From the NCBI GenBank assembly GCA_038153405.1, contig JAYOYH010000011.1, positions 23,050-87,049 of the forward strand: DNA of 64,000 nucleotides, given 5' to 3'. The notes beneath the pieces were generated by a model, which ran no database searches, had not been told where the DNA came from, and worked only from the letters and a program-made list of their open reading frames with translations. Below, in pieces: positions 18,395 to 26,742 of this stretch (the stretch's first letter is position 1; every line of letters begins with the position of its first letter). The stretch comes from Gemmatimonadota bacterium (GTDB taxonomy: Bacteria > Latescibacterota > UBA2968 > UBA8231). Both the position numbers and the translations under genes were made by a program.

Positions 18395-20704
18395 GTGGAC
18401 TTAGTAGAATCCATCCCGGAAAGGCTTGCCCCACACATACGCGGCGAGCTTAAACACGGCGAATTGCTGATGATCCTGCTGGCCGCCGATATACGCGCCG
18501 ATGGACAGTACGGCGATTCGTGGTTTGCCCTCACAGACGAGCGCCTAATCGTCTTTCAACCAAACGACGACGGGGTGGATATCTCGCATATTCCCCTTGC
18601 TCAGGTCGAGCACATTCAAGTGCGAAACTACGTGGGCAGCGGCGCGCTGCTGGTCGAGCTAGCGGACGAAACAGTAGAGTTGGTGCGCTTCTCACCCAGC
18701 GCCTACTTCAAGTTCTCCAGCATCCCTCGCGCCGTCGAGGCCGCCGGCATCGCCGAGGAAGAGGAAGATCAGCGACCGGCCGAAGAGCCAGCGGCCGTCA
18801 GCATTGTCGAGCACTGCCCCACCTGCGGACGCGCCTTCCGTCCGGGCACCAAAATATGCCCTAACTGCTTGGAGAAAAGCGAGACGTTCTGGCGGCTGTT
18901 TTCCTACATCAAACCTTATAAGAGCAAGGCTCTAATCGGCTTTGCGCTGACGATTGTCCTGACCATAATAGGCCTATTGCCGCCGCAGCTCAACCTGATT
19001 CTAATTGACGAAGTTATCCTGCCGGCCATCGCCCCCTACATGCAGACGGTCGACGGCATTCCACAGCAGGTGCTAACGCCGGATGCTCCACAGCAGCCGC
19101 CCACTCGCGCGCTGGCTATGCTCGTCTGGGTCGTATTCGGCCTGCTCGGCGTCTACGTCGCGCGCGCGCTGACTAATGTAGCCCGCACCCATGTGCTGGG
19201 CTGGCTAGGGCAGCACATCGTCTACGATCTGCAAATTGAGTTGTTCAAGCACCTGCAGCTGCTGTCGCTAAATTTCTACAACACCCTGAGCACCGGTCGC
19301 ATCATGACGCGCGTGACCAGCGATACCGAACGCATGCGCAACTTTATCACATCCGGCTTTCAGGACATCGTCATCAATGTGCTGACGCTATTCGGCATTT
19401 TCCTGCTCATGCTGTGGATGAACTGGGAACTAACGCTGTTGGCGATGATTCCCATCCCTTTTATGATCGCCGGTACGCTGTTTTACCGCACGCGCATCCA
19501 CTGGGTCTACCACCGCATCTGGCGGCGCATATCGACGCTGAACGCCATGCTGGCCGACAGCATCCCCGGCGTCAAGGTCGTCAAGGCCTTCGCTCAAGAA
19601 AACCGCGAATTGGAGCGCTTTGACGCGCGCAACACCGACCTGCGCGAATCGCAGATGGCCTCGATCAAAATGCGCGCCGTCTTCTTGCCGGCCATCGCCT
19701 TTACTACCTCGGTTGGCTCGATCATCCTCTGGTGGTTCGGCGGCCATCGCGTGCTGTCCAACACGCTGACGCTGGGCGAGCTGCAGGCCTTCATATCCTA
19801 TATGATGATGTTTTACGCGCCCGTGCGCGCCCTGTGCACGCTGACCGAGCAGTTGGAGAGCGCCGCGACGACGGCCGAGCGCGTCTTTGAAATTCTCGAC
19901 ACAGAGGCCGAAGTGGAAGACGGGCCCGATGCCATCGATCCCGGCCAGCTCAGCGGCGCCGTCGAGTTCCGCAACGTATCCTTTACCTACGACGGTTCGG
20001 CGCGCATCCTCGATCGGATCGACTTTAAGATCGAGCCAGGGGAGATGATCGGCATCGTCGGCCATTCGGGCTCGGGTAAATCGACGCTCGTCAACTTGAT
20101 CTCGCGCTTCTACGACGTCAACGAGGGCCAAATCTACATAGACGACCACCCGATCACCGCCATTCAGCAGCAAAAGCTGCGGGCGCAGATCGGCGTCGTG
20201 CTGCAGGAGCCCCTGCTATTCCAAGGATCTATCGCCAAAAACATCGCCTACGGATATCCGCGGGCGACCCGTGAAGAAATCATCGAATCGGCGCGCGCGG
20301 CCAACGCGCATAGGTTCATCATGAACTTTCCCGATGGATATGATACGCAGGTCGGCGAGCGCGGCGGTCGCCTATCCGGCGGAGAGCGCCAGCGCATCTC
20401 CATCGCCCGCGCGCTCATTGGCAATCCGCGCATTCTCATCCTAGACGAGGCTACGGCCTCCGTCGACACGCAGACGGAATACGAAATTCAGGAGGCGCTG
20501 GAGCGCTTGGTCGCCGGGCGCACGACCTTTGCCATCGCCCACCGCCTATCGACATTAAAGAATGCCGATAGGCTGCTCGTGCTCGATCGCGGTCGCATCG
20601 TAGAGGTCGGCACGCACGAAGAGTTGCTGTGCAAAGAGGAAGGCGTCTACCGCAACCTGGTCAATATGCAAACGGAAATGGCGAAAGTAAGGGCGATATT
20701 ATGA
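18395..20704 (+). CDS. ABC exporter (TMD+NBD) with N-terminal PH-like domain and CxxC/CxxC zinc ribbon
   Basis: WFALTDERL, CPTC..CPNC, transmembrane domain, GHSGSGKS, LSGGERQR, LILDEAT, AHR. Confidence 0.9.
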   Translation: MDLVESIPERLAPHIRGELKHGELLMILLAADIRADGQYGDSWFALTDERLIVFQPNDDGVDISHIPLAQVEHIQVRNYVGSGALLVELADETVELVRFSPSAYFKFSSIPRAVEAAGIAEEEEDQRPAEEPAAVSIVEHCPTCGRAFRPGTKICPNCLEKSETFWRLFSYIKPYKSKALIGFALTIVLTIIGLLPPQLNLILIDEVILPAIAPYMQTVDGIPQQVLTPDAPQQPPTRALAMLVWVVFGLLGVYVARALTNVARTHVLGWLGQHIVYDLQIELFKHLQLLSLNFYNTLSTGRIMTRVTSDTERMRNFITSGFQDIVINVLTLFGIFLLMLWMNWELTLLAMIPIPFMIAGTLFYRTRIHWVYHRIWRRISTLNAMLADSIPGVKVVKAFAQENRELERFDARNTDLRESQMASIKMRAVFLPAIAFTTSVGSIILWWFGGHRVLSNTLTLGELQAFISYMMMFYAPVRALCTLTEQLESAATTAERVFEILDTEAEVEDGPDAIDPGQLSGAVEFRNVSFTYDGSARILDRIDFKIEPGEMIGIVGHSGSGKSTLVNLISRFYDVNEGQIYIDDHPITAIQQQKLRAQIGVVLQEPLLFQGSIAKNIAYGYPRATREEIIESARAANAHRFIMNFPDGYDTQVGERGGRLSGGERQRISIARALIGNPRILILDEATASVDTQTEYEIQEALERLVAGRTTFAIAHRLSTLKNADRLLVLDRGRIVEVGTHEELLCKEEGVYRNLVNMQTEMAKVRAIL

Positions 20705-21216
20705 GCGAAGAAACGGACGCATCCAAGGGCTATTCCTACGCCGACTTTCTGCTGGACCCCAATCAACTGCGCTGCAGCCGCTCGCCGCACGGCAGCCTCA
20801 TTCTGCACATCGGCGACGAGGAATACCACGACCTAAACATTCGCCGCGCCTTTCCGCTTGAAGAGAGTAACCGCTATATCGGTTTCTTCCAGCACGACGG
20901 CACGGAACTGGGCCTGCTCGAAGATCCGTCTCTGCTGGAGCAGGCGAGCCGAGACGCTCTGCTAGCCGAGCTGGACAAGATATACTTTCAACCGCACATA
21001 ACCGCCTTCAACAGTCTCGACGAAGAGTTCGGCGTGCTGCGCGGTCATATAGAAACCACTAGCGGGCCACGCCCGCTGGAAATTCGCGGCTACCGCCAAA
21101 ACGTGCGCATGCTGTCGGGCGAGCGCGCCATTGTCGAAGACGTCGATGGCAATCGCTACTTGATCGATGACTGGCCGGCCCTGCCCAAGCGCATCCGCGA
21201 GATTCTCGGCCTTTGA
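20701..21216 (+). CDS. DUF1854-like protein
   Basis: ATGA overlap with the ABC stop; RRAFPL...YIGF...ELG, ELDKIYFQP.I, EEFG...ETTSG, DVDGNRY pattern. Confidence 0.8.
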   Translation: MSEETDASKGYSYADFLLDPNQLRCSRSPHGSLILHIGDEEYHDLNIRRAFPLEESNRYIGFFQHDGTELGLLEDPSLLEQASRDALLAELDKIYFQPHITAFNSLDEEFGVLRGHIETTSGPRPLEIRGYRQNVRMLSGERAIVEDVDGNRYLIDDWPALPKRIREILGL

Positions 21217-21461
21217 CCGCGCTGCTGATCGGCCTGATCGTCTTTGCGATCAATCTGCCCTTTGGCTACTGGCGAGCCGGTTTGCGCACGCTGTCCCCCC
21301 AGTGGTTTCTCGCCATCCACCTGCCCGTGCCGCTGGTCGTCGCCCTGCGCTTTGTCGCCGACCTCGACTGGACCTTTATTCCCTTTTCTGTCACCTTCTT
21401 TTTCGCGGGCCAACTGCTCGGCGTTCGCCTAGGCCGCCGGAGCGGCCGCACGCCCGCTTAG
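21213..21461 (+). CDS. Small conserved membrane protein (NLPFGYWR...[10 protein letters not shown] type)
   Basis: 82 aa, about three hydrophobic segments; TTG start overlaps the DUF1854 stop (TTGA). Confidence 0.7.
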   Translation: MTALLIGLIVFAINLPFGYWRAGLRTLSPQWFLAIHLPVPLVVALRFVADLDWTFIPFSVTFFFAGQLLGVRLGRRSGRTPA

Positions 21462-21985
21462 AACGGGTCTTGCAGCACCGCAAAGGCGCGCTGATATGCG
21501 CTCAGATAATCCGCGGAAAACAGTGCAAATATTACGCGCTGTAGAGCAGCATGTTCGGCCAGAACGTCGGCCGCTGCGCGGAGGGCAATCGGAGCCGCCG
21601 CCGCCACTGGATATCCGTAAACGCCACAGCTAATCGCCGGAAAAGCCACGCTCTGCGCGCCGCACTCCAGCGCCCGCTGCAGGCTGTTGACGTGGCAGGC
21701 GCGCAGCAGCTCAGCATCGCCGGCGGCCCCGCTGTACACCGGACCTACGGTGTGAATAACCCAGCGTGCCGGCAGGCTATAGCCGGCGGTAATTTTGGCC
21801 TGGCCCGTCGGACAGCCGCCCAGCGTCTTGCACTCGGCCAACAGCTGTGGACCGGCGGCTCGGTGAATCGCCCCATCGACGCCGCCACCGCCTAGCAGCG
21901 TGCGGTTGGCCGCATTGACGATCGCATCGACGCGCAGCTGCGTTATATCGCCTTCCACCAGCTCTATGCGCGCTAGAACATCCAT
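21458..21985 (-). CDS. Macro domain protein (O-acetyl-ADP-ribose deacetylase, YmdB-like)
   Basis: [45 protein letters not shown]. Confidence 0.93.
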   Translation of the reverse strand: MDVLARIELVEGDITQLRVDAIVNAANRTLLGGGGVDGAIHRAAGPQLLAECKTLGGCPTGQAKITAGYSLPARWVIHTVGPVYSGAAGDAELLRACHVNSLQRALECGAQSVAFPAISCGVYGYPVAAAAPIALRAAADVLAEHAALQRVIFALFSADYLSAYQRAFAVLQDPF

Positions 21986-21996
21986 GCGATACCGAC

Positions 21997-22026
21997 TTGA
22001 CACGGGCCGTGCTGCGCGCCCATCTT
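21997..22026 (+). promoter_or_regulatory. Putative sigma-70 promoter for the zinc-finger microprotein
   Basis: TTGACA-N18-CATCTT upstream of an AAAGGT RBS-like sequence and ATG 22073. Confidence 0.4.
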
Positions 22027-22072
22027 ACGACGCGCGGAAGCCCATTGTCGACTCCACTGCAAAGGTCTCATC

Positions 22073-22249
22073 ATGCAGGACAAACCTCTTTTTCACCGCT
22101 GTCCCGAGTGCAAGGGATCCGGCTGTGCCCAATCGCTGCACGCACCCGATGAGAGCGTCTTCCTCTTTCCGCGCTGCGAGGCGTGCAAGGGCAAGGGACG
22201 GCTAGACCAGCGGCAGTACGAGACCTATATGCGGGCGCAAAAAGCCTAG
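22073..22249 (+). CDS. 58-aa DnaJ-type (CxxCxGxG)x2 zinc-finger microprotein, absent from the ORF track
   Basis: Translated by hand: MQDKPLFHRCPECKGSGCAQSLHAPDESVFLFPRCEACKGKGRLDQRQYETYMRAQKA*; fills an intergenic gap. Confidence 0.8.
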   Translation: MQDKPLFHRCPECKGSGCAQSLHAPDESVFLFPRCEACKGKGRLDQRQYETYMRAQKA

Positions 22250-22273
22250 CAGTCCGCGGCGACTGAGGCGGCA

Positions 22274-22900
22274 CTATGCGCAGACCCGCGCAACCGTCTT
22301 ACAGATCGACGCGATGGCCTCTTCGCGCTCGCACCCGTCGGCCATGCCACCGGGAATCACCCAGTCGGCATAAGCGCGGGTCGGCGCGTTGTACTGCTCG
22401 TGCTGCCAGCGCACCGATTCCAGATAGTAATTGGCGATAAACTCGCCGTCTTCTAGTTTCTTCATATTGCGGCGAATGCGGCGCACAATGCGCTCATCCG
22501 CGGCGGCTTCGACGTAGAGTTTGAGATCCATTAGCGCGCGCAGTTCTTCGAACCACAGCACGAGAATCCCCTCCAAGATCACCGCGTCGCATTCAGCTGA
22601 CTGCATGGCGCGGCACGCCTCAACCATCTCCGCCTGTTTAAACGAATCGGGCTCGTTGTAGGCCGGGTGGTACAGGCCGTCGATCTGAGAGTAATACGTG
22701 GGCATATCCTCGGGCTTTTTGAAAAAGCGATCTTGGCCAACGACCTCTACGCGCAGCGGCGCCAAGCGCTCGGCCATCTGCGCAGCCAGCGTGCTCTTGC
22801 CCGAGGCGCTGCCGCCGCCCATGCCTATGTAAAACGGAAGGCGGTTTCCCGCTGCCTGCCACCGCTCGACGACATCGCGCAAGGCCGCATCAATCGACAA
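22274..22900 (-). CDS. Uridine kinase family protein
   Basis: IGMGGGSASGKST P-loop, QDRFFK, VILEGILV, DERIVRRIRR, ADWVIP. Confidence 0.82.
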   Translation of the reverse strand: MSIDAALRDVVERWQAAGNRLPFYIGMGGGSASGKSTLAAQMAERLAPLRVEVVGQDRFFKKPEDMPTYYSQIDGLYHPAYNEPDSFKQAEMVEACRAMQSAECDAVILEGILVLWFEELRALMDLKLYVEAAADERIVRRIRRNMKKLEDGEFIANYYLESVRWQHEQYNAPTRAYADWVIPGGMADGCEREEAIASICKTVARVCA

Positions 22901-23702
22901 AATACGCCTGCATTTTTTCCATGCCGATCTTGGCTACTTCCATTGGGTCGCGCGTCCACAGTTCGGGATTAAACAATTCCAACGACACGTAGCCTTCGTA
23001 TTCCTGTGCCAGCGCCAAGCGCTCGATGTCGCGCAGGGGGCCAACGCCGTCGCCTGGCAGCACGCGATCGGCATCCGACTGTTCGGCAAAGGGCTTGCCG
23101 CCCGGCACATCGTTCCAGTGCCAGATGGCGACTTTGTCACCCGGCACTTTGGCAATGCTCTCTATGGGACCGCCGCCGCGCAAAATGTGAAAGGGATCCA
23201 TGATCAGAGACGAATCCGGATGGTCGGCATCTTCGACGATCTGCCAAGCTTGGTCAATGGTGTAGACGCTCTTCATGAAACCGAGATATTCCATCGCTGG
23301 CTTGACGCCCATTTCGGCACCAATTTCCAGCAGCTCTCTGTAGTCAGAGCCACCGCGATTCAGGTCAAACGGCTCCATAGGTGGACTGGCAATAACGTAT
23401 TCTGCTCCCACCGCCGCCGCCTGCCCCATGCGCCGCTTGGCCTCATCCAATGCGCTGGCGTGCGCCGAGCCGGTCGAACCGAGCCAGCCGTGCACTGCGA
23501 TGCAGGTCGGCACGGCAAGTCCTTGGTCGGCTAGCGCTTTCACCACATCTTCTAGCGCACCGCCACCCTCCTGATGCGCCGTCAAATCGTCGTTCCACAA
23601 TTCGATTGCTCCAAATCCGGCCGCGCCGGCGATGCGAATCTTTTCCATGAGGCTAGCCGGGCGAATCGTCGAGCTGTTGAGACAGTACTCTATGCTGGCC
23701 AT
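22890..23702 (-). CDS. Sugar phosphate isomerase/epimerase (xylose isomerase-like TIM barrel)
   Basis: AGFGAIELW, AMEYLGF, DPFH, HWND, DRVLPGDG, SLELFN. Confidence 0.88.
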   Translation of the reverse strand: MASIEYCLNSSTIRPASLMEKIRIAGAAGFGAIELWNDDLTAHQEGGGALEDVVKALADQGLAVPTCIAVHGWLGSTGSAHASALDEAKRRMGQAAAVGAEYVIASPPMEPFDLNRGGSDYRELLEIGAEMGVKPAMEYLGFMKSVYTIDQAWQIVEDADHPDSSLIMDPFHILRGGGPIESIAKVPGDKVAIWHWNDVPGGKPFAEQSDADRVLPGDGVGPLRDIERLALAQEYEGYVSLELFNPELWTRDPMEVAKIGMEKMQAYFVD

Positions 23703-23715
23703 TGCGTTCCTTCCT

Positions 23716-23743
23716 CCGTTAATATCCTACCGTTAATATCCTA
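23716..23743. repeat. Perfect 14-nt tandem duplication (CCGTTAATATCCTA x2)
   Basis: Seen directly, immediately upstream of the RBS of the TIM-barrel gene. Confidence 0.85.
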
Positions 23744-23771
23744 CCAAACATACGTCGACGAGCCGGTTTTT

Positions 23772-24809
23772 TCAGGCCACGCACCAATAGTCGACACCCT
23801 CTTCGAGATTCCATGCACCTAACTGGGCGCGTATCAATTCGCGCGCGCCGCGCGATGCCACGGCGGCCAATAGCACGGGGTTGGCAAAGCGATGCCACCA
23901 GGCCATCACCTCGTCGGGCCCCACGACCGGTGCGCCGCGCAGCGTGCCGCCGATTTTCTTCGGCGTTATGTCGACAAATACGTCGGGCTGGGCACCGCCG
24001 CGCTGCAGATGCTTTGTCAAACGGCGCCCCGTTTTTCCCGCACCCCAGACGATGAGACCGTCGCGCTGGCGCAGCGGTCCCTCGATCAGATAGTGCGCCT
24101 TGGTGCGCAGAAAATTCTCCACCGAATAGCGGCTGTCTGTATGCGTTGCGCGGCGCGCATGCTCGCGCCAGTAGAAGAGTACTTCCGGCACTTTGGCAAA
24201 GCGCTTGCCGGCCAAATAGTAGCGCAACCACAGGTCATAGTCCTCCGGCCAGCCGCGCTCCTGATAGCCATCCATCTCCAGCAGTTCAGTGCGGCGCAGC
24301 ATGGCCGTCGGGTTGGCAATGGGGCTTTCGATAAAGATTTCGCGGATAATATCGCGCTGTTCGACCAATCCGTTGAGCCACTCCTCGTAAATGCGCATCC
24401 CCTCGCCCACTTGCCCTTCGGCAAAGGTCTCAACGAGGCAGCTGGCCACGCTTAATTCCGCGTCAGCCTCAAATAATTCAACTTGTTTCTTCAGGCGATC
24501 GCGGTGCATTCGGTCGTCGGCGTCCATCCGCGCGACAAACTCGCCGCGGCAGTGCTGCAATCCCCTATTGGGCGCCGCAACCACGCCGGCGTGCTCGGCA
24601 AAGAACGGCCGCACGCGCGCGTCGCGCCGAGACCAGACGCGAAGAATATCGGCGCTGCGATCTTCCGAGCCATCGTCAACCGCTACGATTTCAAAGTCTT
24701 CTAAGCTCTGTGCCAGCGTGCTCTCCAGCGCTTCGTCGAGCGTTTCTGCGGCGTTGTACAGCGGCATCAGCACCGACACGAGCGGCACATTTTCCGTGGT
24801 CTTTATCAT
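23772..24809 (-). CDS. Glycosyltransferase family 2
   Basis: VSVLMPLYN, VDDGSED, ARMDADD, EDYDLWLR; C-terminal WGAGKTG Rossmann-like extension. Confidence 0.9.
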   Translation of the reverse strand: MIKTTENVPLVSVLMPLYNAAETLDEALESTLAQSLEDFEIVAVDDGSEDRSADILRVWSRRDARVRPFFAEHAGVVAAPNRGLQHCRGEFVARMDADDRMHRDRLKKQVELFEADAELSVASCLVETFAEGQVGEGMRIYEEWLNGLVEQRDIIREIFIESPIANPTAMLRRTELLEMDGYQERGWPEDYDLWLRYYLAGKRFAKVPEVLFYWREHARRATHTDSRYSVENFLRTKAHYLIEGPLRQRDGLIVWGAGKTGRRLTKHLQRGGAQPDVFVDITPKKIGGTLRGAPVVGPDEVMAWWHRFANPVLLAAVASRGARELIRAQLGAWNLEEGVDYWCVA

Positions 24810-24868
24810 AGGGCCACTTAGTATAACACCTTGACAGATTGGAAAACAAATAGCGTTCTTCTGCCCCT

Positions 24869-25630
24869 ATGTTACACTTGAAGTCCGATGGCGATATAGA
24901 GAAAATTCGCGCGGCCGGACGCATCGCCGCCGAAGCCCTACTGCGCGTGCAGGAAGCCCTACAAATCGGCGTTACCACCGGCCAGCTAGATGCCATAGCT
25001 GACCGCTACATTCGCTCTCAGGGAGCCCAAGCCAGCGCGTTGGGCTACCGCGGCTATCCCAAGAGTATCTGCATTTCGGTCAACGACGAAATCGTGCACG
25101 GCATTCCCGGCGCGCGCGCGCTCAACGACGGCGATATTTTGGCGGTGGATATCGCCGTAAAAAAGGACGGCTTCCACGGCGATATGAACGCCACCATGGT
25201 GCTCGGCAACGCGTCGGCCGAAGCGCGCCATCTCGTAGAGACAACGCGCGAATGCCTGGAGCGCGCACTGGCGTGTGCCACGGTCGATCATCGCCTTGGC
25301 GACATTGGCCATGCGATTCAGGCGCACGCCGAGGGCGAGGGGTTTTCCGTAGTCCGCGAATACTGCGGTCACGGTATCGGCCGCGACTTTCACGAAGAGC
25401 CACAGCTGCTACACTACGGCATCGCCGGCACGGGCAGGAGGCTGCAGTTGGGCATGGTCTTCACCATCGAACCCATGATCAATCAGGGCGTGGCCGAGAC
25501 GCGCCTGCTCGACGACGACTGGACGGCCGTCACCGCAGACGGCAAGCTGTCGGCCCAGTTTGAACACACGGTGGCAATCACTGCAGCAGGCCCCGATATC
25601 CTCACGCGATTTGACGACTTGCCGTTCTAA
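24869..25630 (+). CDS. map: Methionine aminopeptidase type I
   Basis: CISVNDEIVHGIP, GFHGD, GHGIG..FHEEP, FTIEPM, SAQFEHT. Confidence 0.96.
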   Translation: MLHLKSDGDIEKIRAAGRIAAEALLRVQEALQIGVTTGQLDAIADRYIRSQGAQASALGYRGYPKSICISVNDEIVHGIPGARALNDGDILAVDIAVKKDGFHGDMNATMVLGNASAEARHLVETTRECLERALACATVDHRLGDIGHAIQAHAEGEGFSVVREYCGHGIGRDFHEEPQLLHYGIAGTGRRLQLGMVFTIEPMINQGVAETRLLDDDWTAVTADGKLSAQFEHTVAITAAGPDILTRFDDLPF

Positions 25631-25704
25631 TCCTTGCTACGAACCCGACACTAGCTATATTTATAGGTTGATTTCACTTACAGCGGTTTTACAGGAGCGC
25701 TACT

Positions 25705-26001
25705 ATGTCGAATAAAACTTCAGGCGAAGAGGGCGGCGAAGAGGAAGTGGCCGATTTTTCCTTTGACCCCGGCTCGCAGATTGAGCTCGAGTTAGAAGGT
25801 ACCTGCTGCGTCACGGGCGAGCCCGTCAGCGGAGGATTTTGTCGCTTTCCCGACTACGTCAACGGCACGCTGATGGTCATGTCCAAAAAGGCTATGATCG
25901 AACAACTGCGCAACAGCACTTCCATTGAGACGTTTAAGAAGATTCTGGTCAAGCGCCACGGCAAGGCCATCCTCGAAAACGAGTACTACGCCAACTACTA
26001 G
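25705..26001 (+). CDS. Hypothetical 98-aa protein
   Basis: AGGAG RBS, putative promoter TTGCTA-N16-TATATT, downstream terminator; acidic N-terminus and CCVTGEPV...C motif. Confidence 0.7.
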   Translation: MSNKTSGEEGGEEEVADFSFDPGSQIELELEGTCCVTGEPVSGGFCRFPDYVNGTLMVMSKKAMIEQLRNSTSIETFKKILVKRHGKAILENEYYANY

Positions 26002-26013
26002 TCGAGCGCGCTG

Positions 26014-26058
26014 AAAAAAGAGGCGGGGACGGCCATCGCGCGCCGTCCCCGCCTCTTT
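26014..26058. terminator. Bidirectional intrinsic terminator
   Basis: Perfect 17-bp stem AAAGAGGCGGGGACGGC / GCCGTCCCCGCCTCTTT between convergent genes. Confidence 0.85.
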
Positions 26059-26078
26059 GCGTTCTATACTGCACGCGC

Positions 26079-26660
26079 TCACGAACGCGATAGCAGAGCG
26101 TCGATGTCTTCGCTGAGGGCGCCGCGCGGATTGAGCTTGCCCTTGCTGTCGTGCGGCACGCCGATATGTTCTTTATAGATGCGACCTTCGCGATCGATGA
26201 CAAACGTCATCGGCACCGCCATCGACGCCAAATTGCGGCGCAAAAACTGGCGCACCAAGTCGCCGCGACCGTCGTGCACTATCGGATAGTTGATGTCGTA
26301 GCGCTCGATGAACTTGCTCAGCAGCGGCCTCACCTGCTCGGCCGAACCTTGGTCGAGCGAGACGCCAATGATGGCCACTTTCTCCGGGTCGTAATCGTCG
26401 CGCATCTTAACCAAGTCGGGAATCTCGTAGCGACACGGGCCACACCAAGTCGCCCAAAAATTGAGCAACACCACGCGTCCCTTATAGTCGCGCAGGTCGA
26501 CAATTTCTCCCTCGTGGTCTTCTATCTCGTAAAACTGAGTAGGCGGAAAGGCGATCTCGCCCCGTTGGCTTTCGGCCGCTTCTGGCTCCTCGCCGGCACA
26601 CCCCACACCCGCAGTCCAAACCAGATAACAGAGCAATACCGTTCGCATCAACAAGCGCAT
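26079..26660 (-). CDS. TlpA family thiol-disulfide oxidoreductase (probably exported)
   Basis: LLNFWATWCGPCRYEIP, VPMTFVIDREG; signal-like N-terminus; ATG at 26660 preferred. Confidence 0.9.
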   Translation of the reverse strand: MRLLMRTVLLCYLVWTAGVGCAGEEPEAAESQRGEIAFPPTQFYEIEDHEGEIVDLRDYKGRVVLLNFWATWCGPCRYEIPDLVKMRDDYDPEKVAIIGVSLDQGSAEQVRPLLSKFIERYDINYPIVHDGRGDLVRQFLRRNLASMAVPMTFVIDREGRIYKEHIGVPHDSKGKLNPRGALSEDIDALLSRS

Positions 26661-26742
26661 AATACCCCCTACGAGTTCATTGGCCGAATGCATGGGGAAT
26701 ATAGAATGCGCCCTGAACCTGTCAACGCCGGACCGCATCCGA

